From a bacterium (lineage in GTDB: Bacteria > Ratteibacteria > UBA8468 > B48-G9 > JAFGKM01), in assembly GCA_035406305.1 (NCBI GenBank), contig DAONKS010000006.1, positions 1 through 30,109 of the forward strand: a stretch of DNA of 30,109 bases, read 5' to 3'. Numbering within the stretch: position 1 is the stretch's first letter; every line of letters begins with the position of its first letter. Of the stretch, positions 27,317 through 30,109 are shown one piece after another. The notes under the pieces are model-generated. The model was not told the origin of the DNA, searched no databases, and saw only the letters and a program-made list of their open reading frames with translations. A program made the translations under genes and the position numbers.

Positions 27317-28080
27317 GATTTAAAAGTGGTAGATATAACCTTGCAGGTGTATTGCATATTCCGGAAAGAGGTAAAAAGCCATACCCTGTGGTGATAATGT
27401 TTCACGGATTTACAGGACATAAAGCAGAAAGCCATTTCTTATTCACAAAACTGGCAAGAAATCTTTTATCTAATGGTATAGCCACATTCAGATTTGACTT
27501 TATGGGTTCTGGAGACAGTGAAGGAAATTTTGAAGATATGACACTTCATACGGAAATACAGGATGGGAGGAAAGCAATAGAACTTGTTATGGCAGATAGT
27601 GCATTTAATAAAGCATGCATTGGCATTCTTGGATTATCTATGGGAGCGATTACGGCTAACTATATTGCAGCAGAGTATAAAGTAAAAACTCTTGTACTAT
27701 GGTCTCCTCTTGCATATCCTGAGTTGATAGAACAAAAGGTTCTTACAAGAAAACTGAAAAAGATATTGCAGGAAAAAGGAAAGGTATATCCACCAGGACT
27801 TGGACACTATCTCGGTAAGCCGTTTTTCAAATCTTTACACAGTGTAAAACCACTTGAAGCAGCAAAACAATTTACAGGTAATGCATTTATTATTCATACA
27901 AAAGATGATGCTACCTTGCCTGTTGACCATTCTATGGTATATTTTGAGGCCTTCCACAACCGGGCGGTCCTGCCCAGATTACTTATCCTTGAAGAAGGTG
28001 GCCATACATTTACAACAGATTTTTCAGAAAAGACCGTTATTGAAGAAACAACTATATTTTTCCAGGAAACACTTATTTAA
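27301..28080 (+). CDS. Alpha/beta hydrolase
   Basis: HGFTG, FDFMGSGDSEG, GLSMG nucleophile elbow, HTKDD (Asp) and GGHTF (His). Confidence 0.9.
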   Translation: MEKDIRFKSGRYNLAGVLHIPERGKKPYPVVIMFHGFTGHKAESHFLFTKLARNLLSNGIATFRFDFMGSGDSEGNFEDMTLHTEIQDGRKAIELVMADSAFNKACIGILGLSMGAITANYIAAEYKVKTLVLWSPLAYPELIEQKVLTRKLKKILQEKGKVYPPGLGHYLGKPFFKSLHSVKPLEAAKQFTGNAFIIHTKDDATLPVDHSMVYFEAFHNRAVLPRLLILEEGGHTFTTDFSEKTVIEETTIFFQETLI

Positions 28081-28096
28081 TACCTATATAATCTGT

Positions 28097-28125
28097 TTGT
28101 ATAAACTATTCATCTGTTTTATAAT
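28097..28125 (+). promoter_or_regulatory. Putative sigma70 promoter for mscS, leaderless-type
   Basis: TTGTAT (28097-28102), 17 nt, TATAAT (28120-28125), 8 nt, ATG 28134; no SD. Confidence 0.5.
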
Positions 28126-28133
28126 TTATTACT

Positions 28134-29348
28134 ATGTATAACAATTTTTTTATTTTTCTGGGACAGATAACAACAGAGCAGAAAATTTTATCAAAAGGGT
28201 TGTTTAATCTTCCTGTATGGACACAGAAAAAGATAGCAGGCGTTACTCTCAATGAGATAATAGCGGCTATCATCTTAATCTTCCTTGGTTTTGCCCTTAA
28301 AAAACTATCAGACCATGTCTTTGAAAAACACCTTATTCCTTTTTTTAAAAAGACAAAAACAGAGATAGACCACCTTTTTTTTGAAGCCCTCAGCAAACCA
28401 CTCGGTTTTATAATTCTACTTGCATGTATTTCATCTGCCTTTGCTGTGCTCCCTTTACCCACAAAACCCAATATAAATGGTTTTGTATTCACTATCCTTA
28501 AAGTAATTACTGCACTCATTTTGCTCTGGTTCTTATTCAGAATCATTGATATTGGAACAAAATATATTTCTAATCTTGCTATAAAAACCGAATCAAAACT
28601 TGACGAACAGATGGTTCCCTTTATAAGCAAGGCATCTAAAATCGTTTTAGTCCTTATTATATTTTTATGGATATTACAACTTTCAGGTTACAACATTTCA
28701 AGTTTACTTGCAGGACTTGGTATCGGTGGACTTGCTGTCGCTTTAGGACTGCAGGACACTCTCGCAAACTTTTTTGGCTCTGTGGCAATTTTTGCTGATA
28801 AACCATTTCTGGTAGGAGATGTGGTGAAAATTGGAGATATTCAGGGAACGGTTGAAGACATTGGTTTTCGTTCAACCCGCATACGCACATTTGAAGCAAC
28901 ACTTGTATCTATTCCTAATAAAACAATAGCAAATTCAATAATAGATAATCTCTCAAAACGTTCAAAAAGAAGAGTATCTCAAACAATAGGATTGACCTAT
29001 AATACAACCCCTGATAATATGGAAAAAGCCGTTTATGTTATAAGAAATATTATAAGCAACGACGAAGGAGTGGACCCTGAATTTATTGCTGTAAATTTCT
29101 CCGATTTCGGGAGTTCCAGTTTAGATATTAACGTAGTATATTTCGTAAAAGGTATTGACTTTAAAGAATATCTTAAAGTAAAGGAAAGAATTAACCTTGC
29201 CATTATGAGAAAATTAGAAGAACTGGGACTTTCTATTGCATTCCCAACGAGGTCTATCTACATAGAAAATTATAAGCAGAAACCCAGTAATTCTAAAAAA
29301 ACAGAAAAAATTATTTCTAAAAAAGAAGGTGAAGACCTGCCCTTTTAA
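28134..29348 (+). CDS. Small-conductance mechanosensitive channel (MscS family, YnaI-like with extra TM helices)
   Basis: GIGGLAVALGLQDTLANFFGS, DKPFLVGD, VEDIGFRSTRIRT and IAFPT; N-terminal TM helices. Confidence 0.93.
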   Translation: MYNNFFIFLGQITTEQKILSKGLFNLPVWTQKKIAGVTLNEIIAAIILIFLGFALKKLSDHVFEKHLIPFFKKTKTEIDHLFFEALSKPLGFIILLACISSAFAVLPLPTKPNINGFVFTILKVITALILLWFLFRIIDIGTKYISNLAIKTESKLDEQMVPFISKASKIVLVLIIFLWILQLSGYNISSLLAGLGIGGLAVALGLQDTLANFFGSVAIFADKPFLVGDVVKIGDIQGTVEDIGFRSTRIRTFEATLVSIPNKTIANSIIDNLSKRSKRRVSQTIGLTYNTTPDNMEKAVYVIRNIISNDEGVDPEFIAVNFSDFGSSSLDINVVYFVKGIDFKEYLKVKERINLAIMRKLEELGLSIAFPTRSIYIENYKQKPSNSKKTEKIISKKEGEDLPF

Positions 29349-29375
29349 TAGAAGGATTTGTATAACCAGATTTAT

Positions 29376-29522
29376 ATTTTACTTTTAACTTATTACTTTT
29401 GACTTTTGACTTATTACTTTTGACTTTTGACTTATTACTTTTGACTTTTGACTTATTACTTTTGACTTTTGACCTTTGACTTTTGACTTATTACTTTTAA
29501 CTTTTTACTTATTACTTATTAA
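29376..29522 (+). repeat. Heptamer tandem array 3 (21 units) containing 4 perfect copies of the 21-bp unit TTATTACTTTTGACTTTTGAC
   Basis: 7-bp phase runs from 29376 to 29522; the perfect 21-mers span 29390-29473; ends TTATTAC TTATTAA CT-ATG. Confidence 0.97.
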
Positions 29523-29524
29523 CT

Positions 29525-30109
29525 ATGCTTCTTCTAATAAACCCCTGGATATATGATTTTGCGGCCTATGATATGTGGATGATGCCACTCGGCCTTCTCC
29601 ACACAGGATATCTTCTTAAAAAACAGGGATTTGAAGTTAAACTCATTGACCTCATTGATATAAACTACGACAGAAATATTTTCAGGGTTAAACGAAAAGA
29701 AACAGGAGAAGGTAACCTTCCATATAAAGAAGTAGAAAAACCCATATTATTGAAGGATATACAGAGAAGATACAAAAGATACGGCATACCCGAAGAGATA
29801 TTTATCAGAGAATTGGAATCGTTACCCGAAACACCAGAAGCAATTTTTGTTACATCAAAGATGACGTACTGGTACCCAGGAGTTGTAAAAACCATAAGTA
29901 TATTAAAAAAATACTTCCCTGAAACAAAAATAGTGCTTGGTGGAACTTATGCAAAACTTCTACCTGAACATGCGAGAAAATATTCGGGTGCTGATATTGT
30001 CATTTCAGACGAAAAATCAGAAAATAACCATATATTAGGCAGTTTATTAAAAAGGGATATCAAAATTTTTGAAGACCTTTCAAGTTTAATGTCTTATGAG
30101 ATAGACCTT
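29525..30109 (+). CDS. Cobalamin-binding-domain radical SAM protein, N-terminal part (3'-truncated; not in ORF track)
   Basis: My translation gives 195 open codons: MLLLINPWIYDFAAYDMWMMPLGLL...RRYKRYG...VTSKMTYWYPGV...IVLGGTYAKLLPEH. This resembles a B12-binding domain; the CxxxCxxC motif would lie beyond the window. Confidence 0.78.
   Translation, partial: MLLLINPWIYDFAAYDMWMMPLGLLHTGYLLKKQGFEVKLIDLIDINYDRNIFRVKRKETGEGNLPYKEVEKPILLKDIQRRYKRYGIPEEIFIRELESLPETPEAIFVTSKMTYWYPGVVKTISILKKYFPETKIVLGGTYAKLLPEHARKYSGADIVISDEKSENNHILGSLLKRDIKIFEDLSSLMSYEIDL

Noticed and set aside
28090-29366. TTTGTATAA on both sides of mscS (and the ATCTGTTT repeat upstream) as an insertion scar
   Set aside because: Short and AT-rich; the upstream copy is explained as the -35 box, and there are no mobility genes.
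29376-29522. Array 3 as a CRISPR array, iterons or DnaA boxes
   Set aside because: No unique spacers or cas genes, no rep gene, and the units do not match TTATCCACA.
1-30109. tRNA, rRNA, prophage, IS or defence genes
   Set aside because: Intergenic regions are all under about 180 bp with no cloverleaf, and no integrase, transposase, phage or defence motifs were recognised.

Overview
Low-GC (roughly 35% by eye), very compact bacterial chromosomal segment with about 25 protein-coding genes. Many genes overlap their neighbours. I found no rRNA, tRNA, CRISPR array, transposase or integrase. Gene order: partial hflX, DHH phosphoesterase, truB, phosphohexomutase > < LOG-family protein, nfeD | cimA > < single-HKD PLD-family protein, atypical hisA, topA | murG, murC, nnrE, exported HEAT+CBM9-like protein, exported TPR/CsgG-like/beta-propeller protein, Gfo/Idh/MocA oxidoreductase, era, GH20-like hydrolase, mgtE > < FAD oxidoreductase, glnS | GT9, alpha/beta hydrolase, MscS, partial B12-binding radical SAM gene (absent from the ORF track). 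The most notable non-coding structure is three co-oriented degenerate 7-bp tandem arrays (TTTTGAC/TTATTAC/TTTTAAC/TTTTTAC units) upstream of era, mgtE and the radical SAM gene, one with a perfect 21-bp higher-order repeat. Several genes lack a Shine-Dalgarno site and instead have a -10 box 7-9 nt before the start codon, suggesting leaderless mRNAs. Other points of interest are a HisA homologue with a rewritten VDLDGA motif and a ~30-aa insertion, a long-form NfeD with no stomatin partner, and two uncharacterised exported multi-domain proteins coupled to murG-murC. A diderm, uncultured PVC-adjacent lineage (Omnitrophota/Ratteibacteria-like) is only my impression and is untested. All annotations come from motif recognition by eye; no searches were run.
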